Counted from the whole stretch's first letter, positions 48,513 to 61,438 are shown. The stretch is 63,260 nucleotides of DNA, filler included, from 8 parts of 8 records of this genome joined end to end with filler, not necessarily neighbours in it; one strand, 5' to 3'. A program made the numbers and translations. Notes: generated by a model not told the origin, from the sequence alone.

Positions 48513-51500
48513 ATGGCAACGGCGGCTGCGGACACCTCGCCGCTGGGCGTTTTCCAAAAACGAATCGCCGAGATCCAGCAGCATAGGAGCAAGGCGGATC
48601 GAAGCGGGCGGAAAAAGAAGTCCAACCCGGAGCAAGAGAAGCTGGCCATGGTTTACGCGGCTATCCAGGACGTCTTACGCGCTCGAAAGCCTGCAGCGCA
48701 GCAGCAGCAACAACAGGAGCCTCTCAATGTGACTCCCACTGAGTGCTTTGCTGCGACCATGACGGCAATCGAAGCGTCCAAGGGCGAACACCTGTGCGAG
48801 TTGTTCAACCTGCTGTCCATTACTCTACCCGCAGTTCCGCGCCCGGTGCTGTCGGCGAAATGGCAGGTGATGAGCGACGTTCTGTTCCAGATGACCAAGG
48901 TTGCTGCTCAAGTGGAGCTGGCCGAAGCGAATGAAGGGCGGGCCAGCAGCCGGTTAAGTCGTTGGCTGGTGGCATGCATTGCTTCCTTCTTGCGAGCATC
49001 CCTGCACATTGATGCTCGAGTCACCAACAAAGCTGCGAAATCCCGGCTGTACGATCTACTTCTCTCCTCGACTGTTGACCCGCGTCCGAAGGTCCGACGC
49101 ACGGCGCAGGATGGTCTGATCGACATTATTGAAACTGGCCAAGCGACTGGAGCGGCGCAGTTTGCGCTCGGTCATGCGTACAATTTTTACTCTCGCGTGC
49201 TGCGCGTGTCCTGCCTTAATCTGGGAAAGACGGAGGCTCGTGCTGATGGTGTGATCGTACTCGATAGTACTGGCCTACTGCAGCTGCTTGGTTTCTTTAA
49301 GCGGTTTCTGCCATTGGTTCCGGTGACTCGGCTTGCCCCGCTATGCAAGATGATTCTCAACATTCCTGCACTTGGTCAACCCAACTTGACTCACGCTGCA
49401 CTACAAACGATGCATCCTGTGCTGAAAAAGTACGAGTCTGCCGGTTCTAGCGAGTCATCTGCTGTGCGGCAGGCGCGCGTCTCACTCTTGGAGCTCATTG
49501 TGAGCGCTACGGTCGACATGCAGCCTGACGTGCGCGAGGTCGTTCCAATGCAGGTCCGCGTAAACTAGTGCTTGCGTTTCTTTCACGGGCCTGCCGCTCA
49601 ATGAAATAGCCATGCCTGGCAACACTGTGCCAAACTAACCTTGCACTTTTTGACTACCCCTTGCTGTGCCAGTCGTTTTGTGCTCTGGTCGCGCAAAGTT
49701 TCGACCAGTTGTACCGTGCGCACCAAATTGGAGCCGTGCTCATTCTACCTCGACTCGCTGCCAACCTTTGCAAAGCTCTCCGTGATTCGCGACAAGTGGC
49801 AGTGCTCAAGGCTCTGGAAACTGCAAGTTCGCAGGTCTTCACCTGCTTTATTTCTGAAGGCACGTGGAAGCAGCACGCGCAACATGTTGCACGTGCCCAG
49901 ACGAGTGACAGCGAATCTGCGCCACCCACATCCCGGGCGATCAGCGCTGTTTTCAACTTCATTCACGACTCAGCCTTTATGCCAGTGTGGGGATACGTTC
50001 TTCCCATCTTGCGGCGCGTTCTGCTCGCCATAGTGCCGCTTGCCAACGCAAGCCCAGTGGCACAGGGCTACTCCGACCCAGCGCTGGTGCCTCTTGTGGC
50101 CCGCATTGCCCAGGTGTTCGAGGTTGTGCACAGCGCTGATGCCGCAGACGAAGAGCAGACTCGTGCAAACAATGTAAGTTTGTGTTTGGTATGTCCGGTC
50201 AAGTGATTGTGAGAACTGCTGCGAAAAACACGCGCAAGTTGATTGGTTCTCACAGCTTGCTTTTTCAACGTTGTATGCAGACTGCTCTTCGCAACCTAGT
50301 TGCCGTCCTGGCCGCAGGTGTTTCGTGCGTCGGCGTGCGCAACTTTGTCACAGTAGTTCCGTTGAACGGAGGCAAGCCAAGCAACGGATCTGGCGATGCT
50401 CCTGTCAAGAAAGGTGTTGCTCACAGTCGTGAGTGGGTTTTGAATTTCCTAACGTCACAGTTGGCCAGCACCCGCCGCAAAGGACTCGGGCTCTTTCAAG
50501 AGTACTTTTTGCCCCTTGCTGGCGAATGCTCCGCACTAGCGGCACAGAAAGCAGAGGTACGGGTTTGCAAAACACGGTGTGCGCATCTGGTCGCCCGTTC
50601 TATTTGCCACTCAAACATTACCTGTAACAATTCAGGCCGGGGACATGACCTGGGCAAAGCATTACCGAGATCTCACAGTGCGGATTTGGGCACTTCTCCC
50701 ACCGTATTTGAGCCACCCGCTACCTACGGTTCGTGATTGCTGCCATCAGTTTTCGTCGGAGCTGATCGCTTTGTCCTCCAGAAGCGCTGTTTCGGAGCAT
50801 CTCACGTGCTTGGTGCTTGTTTCGCAGCACGACGTTCTTGCTACGTTTCCCAAGCTCGCACGTGTCATGTACAATGCAGCTAAGGACGAGAAGTACCCGC
50901 AATTATCACCAATTATCTGCCAAGCACTTGTGAACATTATTACTCCGTATATCGCTGGAGAGCGCGCTGTGGAAAATGATGACGGGACTCAGGACAACAC
51001 TGGAGACGCAAAAATCATGGTTCGTGCGGGTGTTTGGGCCCCCTATCGGTACTCTCGACTTGGTTTCTGGCGAATTCGGTGGCTGGCTTCAACTCGTGAC
51101 TGACGTTCCGTGCGCTGGCCGTCTCATTATATCCACCGCGTCGTTGCAATGTTCAGGAGGCCCTGCCCGCCGGTGAGCTTGAAAAGGCGCAAGCGATGTT
51201 TCGGCGTTTTGCTCCGAAGTTTGTCCCATTACTCTTTGGACAGTACGAGAAGCAACACGGGGACTGGAGCATTGCCTCGAGTGGAGCGTCCAACTCCGGC
51301 GGCCTCGAAGAAGACTCAAACACGGTTCCAGCTGCTCCCCCGATGCCACTCTCAGCTGCACAGATTCCAGCTGGTGGGGTTGGGCGGGGTGGAAGCGCAG
51401 AACGACTCGCGTCACTCCTCGAAGCTGCAACAAAATATGTCGGGATTGCCGGCACGGCTGCTGCCGATAAATTCGCATCAACTCTGCTGTCTCGCCTTGC

Positions 51501-54024
51501 GAAAGCACAGCTTCCTCTCGATAAAAAAATCACCGACACCAACGCACGTCTTGACAATGTCCGTCAAACGTGCGTGCTTCTTGGGCTTTCACGGGCTCTC
51601 ATCCCTGCTATCGGACGGCCGAAACTCTTGTTGCTGTTCCGCGCGTTGAAAATGATCCTTGATAATTCACCTCTCGGCCTCGTGCAAACACGCTGCTTTG
51701 CAGCTGTGGAGAGCATTTGCCGCCGAGAGCAGCACCTCAGCATGGTACGATACTTTTTGGCGCACGGTTGGATGGGGTGTGCTTGCTTAAGCGCCAGCGT
51801 GTTCCACAATAATCGCGGTTGCTGCTATTATTTGTTGCGATGTTGCGTTGACCACCGTTTCTGTGTTTCTTGCACGTACTTGGTCTTACAGTTCGAAAAC
51901 GGCAAGGTAGACCCGCTCTTGGCAGATCTTGCAAATTTGCTCCAAGACTCACTAGTAAGCGTCGCGCCCAAGGCGAAACGCCGTCGCCTGCGCTGCTTGC
52001 GCATGCTTGTCGACCGGGGAGGATTAAGCCTTGTGGCTAGGAGTGCTGCAGCTCGTGTGGCCCATCAAAAAAATGCTTCCAACGATGCAGACCTGTCGGA
52101 CGATGAAGGCGACAGTGGTGCAGCCGCTCCTGCTGGGCAGTCTTTGGTCAGAACACCTGCTTGTTCAGTATCGGACATGTGAGAGTCGAAAAGTGCCAAC
52201 AAGGCTGTCAATTCCAAGCGCACTCACTTCGTTCCAATTGCTAACTTTGTTCGCTAGACTGACGCCAGTAAAGAATGGCTCGTCGGGTTTCTCGGCGAGA
52301 TTGTGCTGTGCACGAAAGAATCAAATTCACGAGCACGTGAGGCTGCGTTTGAGCTTTTAACAGCCATTGGATCATCGGCTCTTAAACAAGATGGTCAGGA
52401 TGCGCTTGTCGACCTACTCATTATGGTTTCCGCGACTTTGGCAGGGCACACCCCACACATGAAGAGTGCAGGTGTAATTGCCCTTTCACGGCTCTTTTAC
52501 GAATTCCGCAACGAAGCTGCGATGGAGGTGTGGATTGATTGATATGTGCAGTTGCTTGAGGCAACGAGGGAGTCGACTGTGTGTTGTGAAATGTGATTTT
52601 TGTTGTCGTCATCTCGCGTGATTTGATTGCAGCGCCATGGCGTAGAGCTGCTTCGCACAGTCCTCTTGTTGATGCGAGAGAAGAGCCGTGAAGTAGTGAA
52701 GTCCGTGATCGGTTTTATTAAGGTTGCAGTGTCGGCGTTGCCGCAAGAGCAGCTCAAGGTCGAACTTCGGCACATTGTACAAGCCCTGCTGCTTTGGGCT
52801 GGAGAGTCGAAGAACCGCTTCCGCCTCAAAATCAAGGCGCGTGATGATTTCCCTCCTTGCTTGCGCGTTAAGTTTTGCACGATTTTTTGTCCCAGTTGAT
52901 TTGTCATTCATAGTTTTTTTTTTGCTCCCGCTTTTCAGGCTATCTTCGAGCGCCTCGTTCAGAAGTTTGGGGACGAGGCCATTCTCAGCATTGTGCCGGA
53001 GAACGACAAGCCGTTGATTTCGCACATCATCAAGATGAACAAGCGCGCCAAAACTGTGCTGGCAAATGAAAAAAAGGCTCGTCACGAACAACAGTCTCAG
53101 CACAGCACTGGTGGACCTAACAGCAAGAAAGCTGCAGTTGAAGCTGCTGTGCGCGCGCAATTTTCGCGCAAGCGCCGTGCAAGGGCAGAAAGTGAGTCCG
53201 ACGATGATTCTGTGGACGGTGGAGCTGCTGATGCCGAAGACAAAGCCATGGCGAAAAGAGGCCGTCGTAAAGACCGCTCGCAAATGGTGTCAAGTGACCA
53301 GTGGATTCGCGATGATGATGGTGAAGGTGGTGGAGACATGGATCTTCTTAACGCCACGGAAATGGCGCGTCGACTCCGCACCTCGGAACCGAACAGCAAA
53401 TCTACTGTCCGAGTGGATGAGGACGGATTCGCTTTCGGAGCAGATGGTCGTATGATTGTCCCTGATGACTCCAGGCGGATCAAGTCTGGTGATAGTGACG
53501 ACGAAGAGCCGGAAAGTGCCCTCGGCAGGTGTGTATGGTGTTGAGTGAACTGCTATTTCTTGTGAAAACACACATGCTTGTTCCGTGGACGTGGGCATGC
53601 TGCTGGCAGCACGCACGAGCGCTGGGGTCCCACTATCACTTTTGCATTTTTTGCTCACTCTGTTTGTGTTTTTTCTTTTTCTTCTGCTTTTCTTTCGTCA
53701 AGTTGGTCGAAGCAGTCGCGGCAAACTGGGGGTGTGCGTGCGGCCAAGCAAGCACTCGCAGCGAAAATTCGGCAGCAGCGGCATGAAAGCCGCGCTCAGC
53801 AGACAGATGGTGACCGCTTTAAGGCCAAGAAAGCAAGTGGCGACGTTCAGAAGAAGGGTTCCAAATTGGAGCCTTTTGCATACATTCCGCTGGATTCTCG
53901 CTCAACAACGAAAAAGGGCCACAAAGACAACATGCAGCGGTTCGCCAAGCACCGCAACCCCAAAGGTGGAAAAGCATCAGGAAAGAGAAAAGGCGTCGCT
54001 GGTGGCAAGAAACGCAATAGGTGA
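48513..54024 (+). CDS. RRP12: Ribosomal RNA-processing protein RRP12 (NUC173, HEAT-repeat), multi-exon
   Basis: DPRPKVRRTAQ, LCTKESNSRAREAAFELL, MVSATLAGHTPHMKSA, KSREVVKSVIGFIKV and C-terminal GDRFKAKKASGDVQKKG…EPFAYIPL. Many short introns. Confidence 0.9.
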
Positions 54025-54253
54025 CATCGTTTCGCACCAATCAGCACACCACTATTTGGCGCTTAGCTTGCGGAAGCGCAAAACATGGCGTGCCAATTTT
54101 TTCTTTCGTTCGAGATGCCATAAATAAGTTAACAAAGTAGAACTGATTCAAGAACCTGCACAACCTTGCATCAACGTCGGCACACGAAAACACGTCGTGC
54201 CGTCTGCGCATGGTACGGATCCTCAGCCGTTGATATGCGCAACTGACTGGGCC

Positions 54254-56227
54254 TCATCGAGACGCCAGTTCCACTGATTTGCGATATTGTTTGACGAAGG
54301 TCAATACACGCTTCGACACTCGCAAGGCATCAGCACTTGCTACATTCCACGACAGCTGCCGACGCAGGCGCTCATGGACGGGCAGAGCACTTGATACGTC
54401 CAGCTTGGAAAACCGTGAGTTAAACGCTGGATCTTGCAGGTTGACGATGTATGACATTCGGCCGCGACGGTTTGGACGACGTGTTGCTTTGTTAATGTTC
54501 GCACGCTTTGTGTACAGAACGGATGCCACGGCAAAATAGACCTGTATGCCAATGGCAAATACCACGGAGATACCCAAGGCCCAGGTGTCCGCAGTTGCAA
54601 CGCGAGCGCAATTGTTTATGGTGAAGTTGGAAAGCACTTCGCAACTGAGCCCGAATGGCTCGGTGTACAAGCATTGCGCTTCGAAGTCATCATCACAATT
54701 GTAAATCTAGCAAAATCGGAGGCCACAACGGCAAGTTAGACGATGGCTCGATGGTGCAATTTCATCGCTAGCTCAAAGCCATACAAAACTAGGACCGCTC
54801 AACAAGCAAGTAGGACCGCACAACAAGCGAATCACCAACCTGGTAGTGGAGAAATGACGTTGCCAAAAAGTAGCAACCCACTGCGGCGAGGTATCCAAGG
54901 CTCAGATTCAGATACGTGTCTAACGCTGTGACAGTCTGCTTTTTGGGCATTGTCTCGCTGACATAGAATTTGAATCCAATGATGGCGAACACAATCAGCA
55001 TCAGCAGCCCAATGCGGTCCTCCAGTGCACTGCGTGACACGCCGAAAGGGCTGATGCCCAGCAGAACGAGAATGAACAGCGGCATCAAAAGATTCCAAAA
55101 CACATTCCCGCGTTTGCGACGCACGGCAATTTGCACCACGTAGCTGCTCAGGCGGCGTTGTGACGCCACCACGTCTCGTACGTTGCATCCATCGATCCAA
55201 ACGGGCTCATACTCGACCATCCAAGTGGAATTGCTGCTCAACATATGACCTTCTGTGGGTCGCCAAGTCACCGGGTCTGCGAGTATCAAATGGTCTTTAG
55301 CTTTGGGTGCCATTCGTGCAAGTGCTTCCAACTGTTCAAACAAGAGACCCGACTTGCTAGTAACTGAACTCTGAGAAGGGCTCCCTGCACTTTTAACATC
55401 TTCCTCGCTGACCGAAACGGATGAAGCAAGTTTCTGCAACTGAATTTGTAGCTGCAAGACTTGGATATCAAAGGGAAAATGCGTAAGATCTGGCACTGCT
55501 CCGATAGACAAACACAGCTTGGCCGTGTACCTGGGATGCGTGTTCGTGTTCGTACGCATGTGGCAACACATTGCTGCGTTGGTACTGTGTGCACACAATC
55601 AGCAGCATATGCGTTGTTGTTGCCAACATGCACAACTTACTTGACATCCACGGGGCTGGTGGCGGTATTGATTTTGAACTCAGGCTCTCCTTCATACTCC
55701 ATGTGTCGCACATCTGTAAACGAAATGCGTGGAAGGAAGTGGCGCGCCAACAAAGCTGCGGAAATGGACGTGCCACCACGTGTCAGGAGTGACCCGCTTG
55801 GACTTTTCGTGACAAAGGGCCACAGGCTTTCATCCCGCCAGTTGAGCATTACAATGACTTTGCAGGTAAACTGCATGTTCTTCATGTCGTACTCGGACAG
55901 CTCCGTGACCTTTGTCGCAACCTACGGTTGAAGAGTTCATTTGAACGCCCCGTTCCTCCGTCGGTCAGTCTCTGACTCAAAAGCAACAACTAGCGGTATG
56001 CCCCCAAACTCTGTGACGGAAAACACAACATCAACAGTTCAGGATGGAAGTACGACACCAACGCAACCAACCTCCACGATCGGGACATGCTCTAGAATTT
56101 TCTGGGCTTGGGTCTTGAACAAGCTAAAAAGCTTCCGCTCCGCCTTTGTGCTTTCCTTGCACTGGTCTTCGAATTTGTGCAGCAGCATTTCCACCCGGTC
56201 GTTGCCACCTTGAAGGCTGGTTTCCAC
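54254..56227 (-). CDS. Cys-less pentameric ligand-gated ion channel (Pro-loop receptor), multi-exon, 5' end uncertain
   Basis: ELSEYDMKNMQFTCKVIVMLNWRD (beta2-3), DLTHFPFDIQ (Pro-loop), VRRK + M1 NLLMPLFILVLL, M2 EDRIGLLMLIVFAIIGF, M2-M3 MPKKQTVTALD, M3, and M4 in the last exon. Confidence 0.82.
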
Positions 56228-56236
56228 AGTCCCAGA

Positions 56237-56262
56237 AGCAGCAGCAGCAGCGGCGGCGGCGG
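56237..56262. repeat. (CAG)n(CGG)n microsatellite at contig edge
   Basis: agcagcagcagcagcggcggcggcgg. Confidence 0.85.
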
Positions 56263-56362
56263 NNNNNNNNNNNNNNNNNNNNNNNNNNNNNNNNNNNNNN
56301 NNNNNNTTAATTAATTAANNNNNNNNNNNNNNNNNNNNNNNNNNNNNNNNNNNNNNNNNNNN
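56263..56362. other. Artificial contig spacer
   Basis: N-TTAATTAATTAA-N. Confidence 0.99.
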
Positions 56363-58477
56363 TCGATCCTGATTGACGAAGCCCGTACCCCGCTGATCAT
56401 CTCGGGCGCGGCGGAGGACAGTTCAAAACTTTACCTGGCGATCAACGAGCTTGTGCCAAGCCTTGAGATGGGTGAAGTCAGTGAAGAGGGTGAGCCCAGT
56501 GGCGATTTCACCATCGATGAGAAGTCCCGTCAGGTGGAATTGACCGAAACCGGCCATGAAAAAGTGGAAGAGCTGTTGTTGGAAAGGGGCTTGCTGAAGG
56601 AAGGTGAGAGCCTGTACTCCGCAGCCAACCTTAGCCTGTTGCATCACGTCCACTCGGCCCTCCGAGCTCATCATCTGTTCCAGAAGGACGTGGATTACAT
56701 TGTCCAGGGCGATCAGGTGGTGATCGTTGACGAGCACACAGGTCGTACCATGCCGGGCCGTCGCTGGAGTGAAGGTCTGCACCAGTCGATTGAAGCCAAG
56801 GAAGGTGTTCGCATTCAGGCAGAGAGTCAGACCCTGGCATCCACCACTTTCCAGAATTATTTCCGTCTTTACGACAAGCTCGCCGGCATGACCGGTACCG
56901 CGGACACCGAGGCATTTGAATTTCGCCAGATCTACGGTCTGGACGTGGTTGTTATTCCGCCCAACAAGCCCATCCAGCGAATCGATTACAACGATCTGAT
57001 TTACCTGACTCAGGAAGAGAAGTTCCACGCCATCATTGATGAGATCAAGGACGTGACGGCTGAGGGACGACCAATCCTGGTGGGCACGGCCTCAATTGAG
57101 GCCTCTGAGCTTCTGTCCATGCTGCTCAAGAAGGCGCGGATTGACCACAAGATCCTGAACGCCAAACAGCATGAGAGTGAGGCCCAGATCATTGCCCAGG
57201 CCGGTCGCCCGGGTGCAGTCACCATTGCCACCAACATGGCCGGCCGTGGTACGGATATTGTGCTGGGTGGTAACTGGGAATTTGAAGTGGCGGGTATGGA
57301 AAGCCCCACCGAAGAGGAAATTGCCCGCACCAAGGCCGAATGGACCGAGCGCCACAACCAGGTACTTGAGGCTGGTGGTCTGCACATCATTGGTACCGAG
57401 CGTCACGAATCCCGCCGTATCGACAATCAGCTTCGAGGCCGTGCCGGTCGTCAGGGCGATCCTGGTTCATCACGGTTCTTCCTGTCGCTGGAAGATAACC
57501 TGATGCGGATATTCGCGCCGGATCGGGTGAAGAGCCTGATGCAGGCCATGGGGATGAAAAAAGGCGAGGCCATCGAGCATCGAATGGTCACCAACGCCAT
57601 TGAAAAATCCCAGCGCAAGGTGGAAGGCCGCAACTTCGATATGCGGAAAACCCTGCTGGAGTACGATGATGTTGCCAACGACCAGCGTACGGTGATCTAT
57701 GATCAGCGTAACGAGGTCATGTCCTCGGAAGACGTTTCCGAGATGATTAAAACCATTCGCGAGGATGTGGTGGACTCTCTGGTCAGTGAGTTCATCCCGC
57801 CGCAGAGCATGCCGGAGCAATGGGATGTTGCCGGCCTGGAGAGCCAGCTGCAATCGGAGATGGCCATCAACCTGCCTGTTCAGAAATGGCTGGACGAGGA
57901 CAGCAAGCTCTACGAAGAGAATCTGCGTCAGCGTATTCTGGAAGAGATTGTCGCGGCCTACGACGCCAAAGAGGAACTGGCGGGCTCCGAGCCCATGCGC
58001 AAGTTCGAGAAGCAGGTGTTCCTGCAAGTGCTCGACACGCTCTGGAAAGAGCATCTATCAAACATGGATCACCTGCGCCGTGGTATCCACCTGCGTGGTT
58101 ATGCCCAGAAGAACCCCAAGCAGGAGTACAAGCGCGAGGCCTTTAACCTGTTTGAAAGCATGCTGGAAACCATGAAGCGTGATGTGGTCCGGGTGTTGTC
58201 TCATGTCCGTGTTCAGAGCCGTGAAGAAATGGAAGAGGTGGAACGCCGCCGCAAGGAAGAGCTGGAGCGGGAGCTTGCCCAGGCGCGACTGCGCCACGAT
58301 GAAACCAGCGCCACCGCACAGCACAGGCAGGATGACAGCGCAGATGGAGCTGCTACCCAGCAGCCTCAGGGAACGCCGGAGACTTTTGTGCGACAGGACC
58401 GAAAGGTAGGGCGAAACGAGCCTTGTCCATGCGGGTCTGGCAAGAAGTACAAGCAGTGTTGTGGAAAGGTCAACTGA
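56363..58477 (+). CDS. secA: Preprotein translocase ATPase SecA, 5'-truncated
   Basis: [49 protein letters not shown] and SEC-C motif [19 protein letters not shown]. Confidence 0.98.
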   Translation, partial: SILIDEARTPLIISGAAEDSSKLYLAINELVPSLEMGEVSEEGEPSGDFTIDEKSRQVELTETGHEKVEELLLERGLLKEGESLYSAANLSLLHHVHSALRAHHLFQKDVDYIVQGDQVVIVDEHTGRTMPGRRWSEGLHQSIEAKEGVRIQAESQTLASTTFQNYFRLYDKLAGMTGTADTEAFEFRQIYGLDVVVIPPNKPIQRIDYNDLIYLTQEEKFHAIIDEIKDVTAEGRPILVGTASIEASELLSMLLKKARIDHKILNAKQHESEAQIIAQAGRPGAVTIATNMAGRGTDIVLGGNWEFEVAGMESPTEEEIARTKAEWTERHNQVLEAGGLHIIGTERHESRRIDNQLRGRAGRQGDPGSSRFFLSLEDNLMRIFAPDRVKSLMQAMGMKKGEAIEHRMVTNAIEKSQRKVEGRNFDMRKTLLEYDDVANDQRTVIYDQRNEVMSSEDVSEMIKTIREDVVDSLVSEFIPPQSMPEQWDVAGLESQLQSEMAINLPVQKWLDEDSKLYEENLRQRILEEIVAAYDAKEELAGSEPMRKFEKQVFLQVLDTLWKEHLSNMDHLRRGIHLRGYAQKNPKQEYKREAFNLFESMLETMKRDVVRVLSHVRVQSREEMEEVERRRKEELERELAQARLRHDETSATAQHRQDDSADGAATQQPQGTPETFVRQDRKVGRNEPCPCGSGKKYKQCCGKVN

Positions 58478-58504
58478 TTTCCGCCGCTGAGTGAGCGAAC
58501 TAAG

Positions 58505-58538
58505 GCCCGCACCCTGATCGACAGGTTGCGGGTTTTTC
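58505..58538 (+). terminator. Probable intrinsic terminator after secA
   Basis: GCCCGCACCCTG-ATCGA-CAGGTTGCGGGT followed by TTTT. Confidence 0.6.
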
Positions 58539-58604
58539 GTTTGGTAACCGGTGTTCCGGCCGGATCGCCGGGTAGAAGCCGATCATGACGAAAGGAGAGT
58601 GAAA

Positions 58605-59822
58605 ATGGCAGTTGGTCCAGGAACCTTGCCGACGTTTTTCCCGGTGGCCGGTGTCAGGCTGGGTATCGGCAGTGCCGGTATCAAGAAACCCGGCAAGAAG
58701 GATCTGGTGGTTATAGAGTTGGCGCCGGGTAGCCGAGTGGCCGGTATTTTCACCCGTAATCAATTTTGCGCGGCCCCTGTTCACGTCACGCGAAGCCATC
58801 TGGCAAGCGATGCACCGCGCTACCTGCTGATCAACACCGGCAATGCCAATGCCGGCACCGGCGAACAAGGCATGAAGGATGCCCAGGCCTGTTGTCAGGC
58901 TTTGGCGGATCACGCCGGTGTCCCCGCTGGTAGCGTGCTGCCGTTTTCGACAGGGGTTATCGGGGAGCCACTGCCGGTTGGTAAAATTGTCAGCGCGTTG
59001 CCGCAAGCACTGGCGGATGTCTCGGAGTCCCACTGGGCTGAAGCAGCGTCTGGGATCATGACCACCGACACTCGTCCCAAGGGTGCCTCGCGCCGGATTG
59101 ATCTGGATGGCCAAGCGGTATCCATATCCGGTATCAGTAAGGGGGCGGGCATGATCCGCCCCAACATGGCTACCATGCTGGGCTTTATTGCCACCGATGC
59201 GAATATCGCACCCGATGTGTTGGCGAGCCTTGCGTCAGAATTAGGAGAGGCGTCGTTCAATCGGATTACCATCGACGGTGACACGTCCACCAACGATGCC
59301 TGCATGCTCATTGCCAGCGGTCAGTCCGGCGGCCCTGAAATCGCGGCCGATAGCCCGTCCCTGCCAAAGCTCAGGGAAGCGCTGCGCGAGGTGTTCCTCG
59401 AGCTGGCGCACGCGATTGTTCGCGACGGCGAAGGTGCCACCAAGTTTGTCACCATTGATGTGAGCCGCGCGACATCGGTACAGGAGGCGCTGGACGTTGC
59501 CTATACGGTCGCTCACTCACCACTGGTCAAAACCGCACTGTTTGCATCCGATCCCAACTGGGGGCGGATACTGGCTGCCGTGGGGCGTGCTGGTGTCGCC
59601 GGTCTGGACCTGAACGCCCTCGAGATCTGGCTGGGAGATGTGTGCCTGGTTCGCAATGGCGGCCGTGCTGCGGATTACAGCGAGTCCCGCGGGCAGGCCG
59701 TGATGGACGGTGAGGAAATTACCATCCATATTGATCTCGGGCGGGGGAATGTCAGTGAACGGGTGTGGACCTGCGACTTTTCCCATGACTACGTCACCAT
59801 CAATGCTGAGTATCGCACCTGA
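58605..59822 (+). CDS. argJ: Bifunctional ornithine acetyltransferase / N-acetylglutamate synthase
   Basis: FCAAPV, NTGNANAGTG, IMTTDT, KGAGMIRPNMATML, DGDTSTND and VTINAEYRT. SD AAGGAG. Confidence 0.96.
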   Translation: MAVGPGTLPTFFPVAGVRLGIGSAGIKKPGKKDLVVIELAPGSRVAGIFTRNQFCAAPVHVTRSHLASDAPRYLLINTGNANAGTGEQGMKDAQACCQALADHAGVPAGSVLPFSTGVIGEPLPVGKIVSALPQALADVSESHWAEAASGIMTTDTRPKGASRRIDLDGQAVSISGISKGAGMIRPNMATMLGFIATDANIAPDVLASLASELGEASFNRITIDGDTSTNDACMLIASGQSGGPEIAADSPSLPKLREALREVFLELAHAIVRDGEGATKFVTIDVSRATSVQEALDVAYTVAHSPLVKTALFASDPNWGRILAAVGRAGVAGLDLNALEIWLGDVCLVRNGGRAADYSESRGQAVMDGEEITIHIDLGRGNVSERVWTCDFSHDYVTINAEYRT

Positions 59823-59824
59823 TT

Positions 59825-60790
59825 ATGACGCCAGTTCGGGAAATACACGTTGCGGTGGGTGTTGTCTTTCGTGATGGGAAGGTATTGATCGCCCGTCGGC
59901 CGGACCATGTTCATCAGGGTGGTTTACTTGAGCTTCCGGGTGGCAAGGTTGAGGCCGGTGAAACGGTCCAACAGGCCCTGGTCAGGGAGATTCGGGAAGA
60001 GACCGGGTTGCGGATAAATCCGAACCTGCTTGAGCCGGTGATTGGAGTTCGCCACGATTATGGGGACAAGCGGGTGTTTCTTGATGTCTGGGAAACCTCT
60101 TCCGCTGAAGGCGACCCCGAGGGCCGTGAAGGGCAGGCGATACAATGGCTCGATGTCCAGGACCTGGCGGATGTTGATTTCCCCGCTGCAAACCGTCCGA
60201 TTATCCGCGCCCTGAAGCTGCCTCGTCGCTATGCCATTACCGGTTCTGCTGGCGATCCCTCGGCATTCCCTGAACAACTTCGTCAGCGCTTGCTCGAAAC
60301 GCGCCCACAGATGTGCCTGTTCAGGGCACCGGGACTAAGCGATGAGGTCTACGAGCGGTTGGCGGGCTGGTCACTGGAGGCGTGTCGCGCCAGCGATTCG
60401 CTGTTGATGCTTCACGGTGCCCCGCCGCTGCTTGAGTGCCTGCCCCAGGCCACCGGTTTGCACCTGCCGTGGCGGGAGGCCCGGCAGTTTTCCTCCCGGC
60501 CGATACCCGAGGGCTACCTGCTGGCAATCTCCTGTCACGATGAAGAGGAAATTGCCCATGCAGAACAGCTCCAGGCAGACTTCATTACCCTGGGACCGGT
60601 AAAGCCTACCTCTTCCCATCCTGGCGCGCCGGGAATTGGGTGGGAGCGTTTCCAGGAGCTGGTCGCAGGCGCCGCGATTCCTGTTTATGCCCTTGGCGGG
60701 CTTGTCCCTGATGATATCCTCGCAGCACGGCAGGCTGGCGCTCAGGGCATTGCGGGTATTGGTTTCTGGTGGTCAGGGGACGGATACTGA
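59825..60790 (+). CDS. mutT: 8-oxo-dGTP diphosphatase (Nudix) fused to a thiamine-phosphate-synthase-like domain
   Basis: Nudix box GGKVEAGETVQQALVREIREETGL, FPAANRPII, and C-terminal SCH…GPVKPTSSHP…PVYALGG. Confidence 0.88.
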   Translation: MTPVREIHVAVGVVFRDGKVLIARRPDHVHQGGLLELPGGKVEAGETVQQALVREIREETGLRINPNLLEPVIGVRHDYGDKRVFLDVWETSSAEGDPEGREGQAIQWLDVQDLADVDFPAANRPIIRALKLPRRYAITGSAGDPSAFPEQLRQRLLETRPQMCLFRAPGLSDEVYERLAGWSLEACRASDSLLMLHGAPPLLECLPQATGLHLPWREARQFSSRPIPEGYLLAISCHDEEEIAHAEQLQADFITLGPVKPTSSHPGAPGIGWERFQELVAGAAIPVYALGGLVPDDILAARQAGAQGIAGIGFWWSGDGY

Positions 60791-60866
60791 TCCCGCCGCC
60801 AGTTCTGTACGCTCTGGTATGATAGATCCGTGAAGGCCGCTTTTATCAACGATTTTGGGAGACACC

Positions 60867-61355
60867 GTGAGCAAACTGACGCATCTTGACGATACTGGCG
60901 CCGCGCGTATGGTAGACGTTACGTCCAAGGCTGTTACCGAGCGTGAGGCCAGGGCCGAGGCGCTGATTCGGATGGCGCCGGACACCCTGGCAATGATTGT
61001 GGAAGGGCAGCATCCCAAGGGAGATGTGCTGGCGGTGGCGCGGGTTGCCGGTATCATGGCGGCCAAGAAAACCCACGAGCTGATTCCGCTTTGCCACGCG
61101 CTGAACTTGACCTCGGTAAAGGTAGAGCTGACGCCGGGCAAGGACGGCGCTTCGATTCACATCGCCACTCGCTGCAAGCTCTCCGGCCAGACCGGTGTTG
61201 AGATGGAGGCCCTGACGGCCGCCAGCGTGGCGGCACTGACCCTCTACGATATGTGCAAGGCCGTTGATCGCGGGATGGTCGTGGACAATGTCCGCCTGTT
61301 GGAGAAGAAGGGTGGGCGTAGTGGCCACTGGTCTGCTTCTGACTCCGGTTCGTAG
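60867..61355 (+). CDS. moaC: Cyclic pyranopterin monophosphate synthase
   Basis: [25 protein letters not shown] and [11 protein letters not shown] start after GGAGA. Confidence 0.96.
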   Translation: MSKLTHLDDTGAARMVDVTSKAVTEREARAEALIRMAPDTLAMIVEGQHPKGDVLAVARVAGIMAAKKTHELIPLCHALNLTSVKVELTPGKDGASIHIATRCKLSGQTGVEMEALTAASVAALTLYDMCKAVDRGMVVDNVRLLEKKGGRSGHWSASDSGS

Positions 61356-61438
61356 GATCCATCATACAGAGACTACGCCAGGGCGCTGGCCTCGTGATAG
61401 AATGCGCCGCTCGATTGACTGAACCACGAGGAAACACT

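Noticed and set aside
44837-54024. RIO1 next to RRP12 as a ribosome-biogenesis gene cluster
   Set aside because: A spacer at 48171-48270 separates them, so adjacency is unsupported.
59825-60790. MutT-ThiE-like fusion as a novelty
   Set aside because: A well-known architecture downstream of secA-argJ in many Gamma- and Betaproteobacteria.
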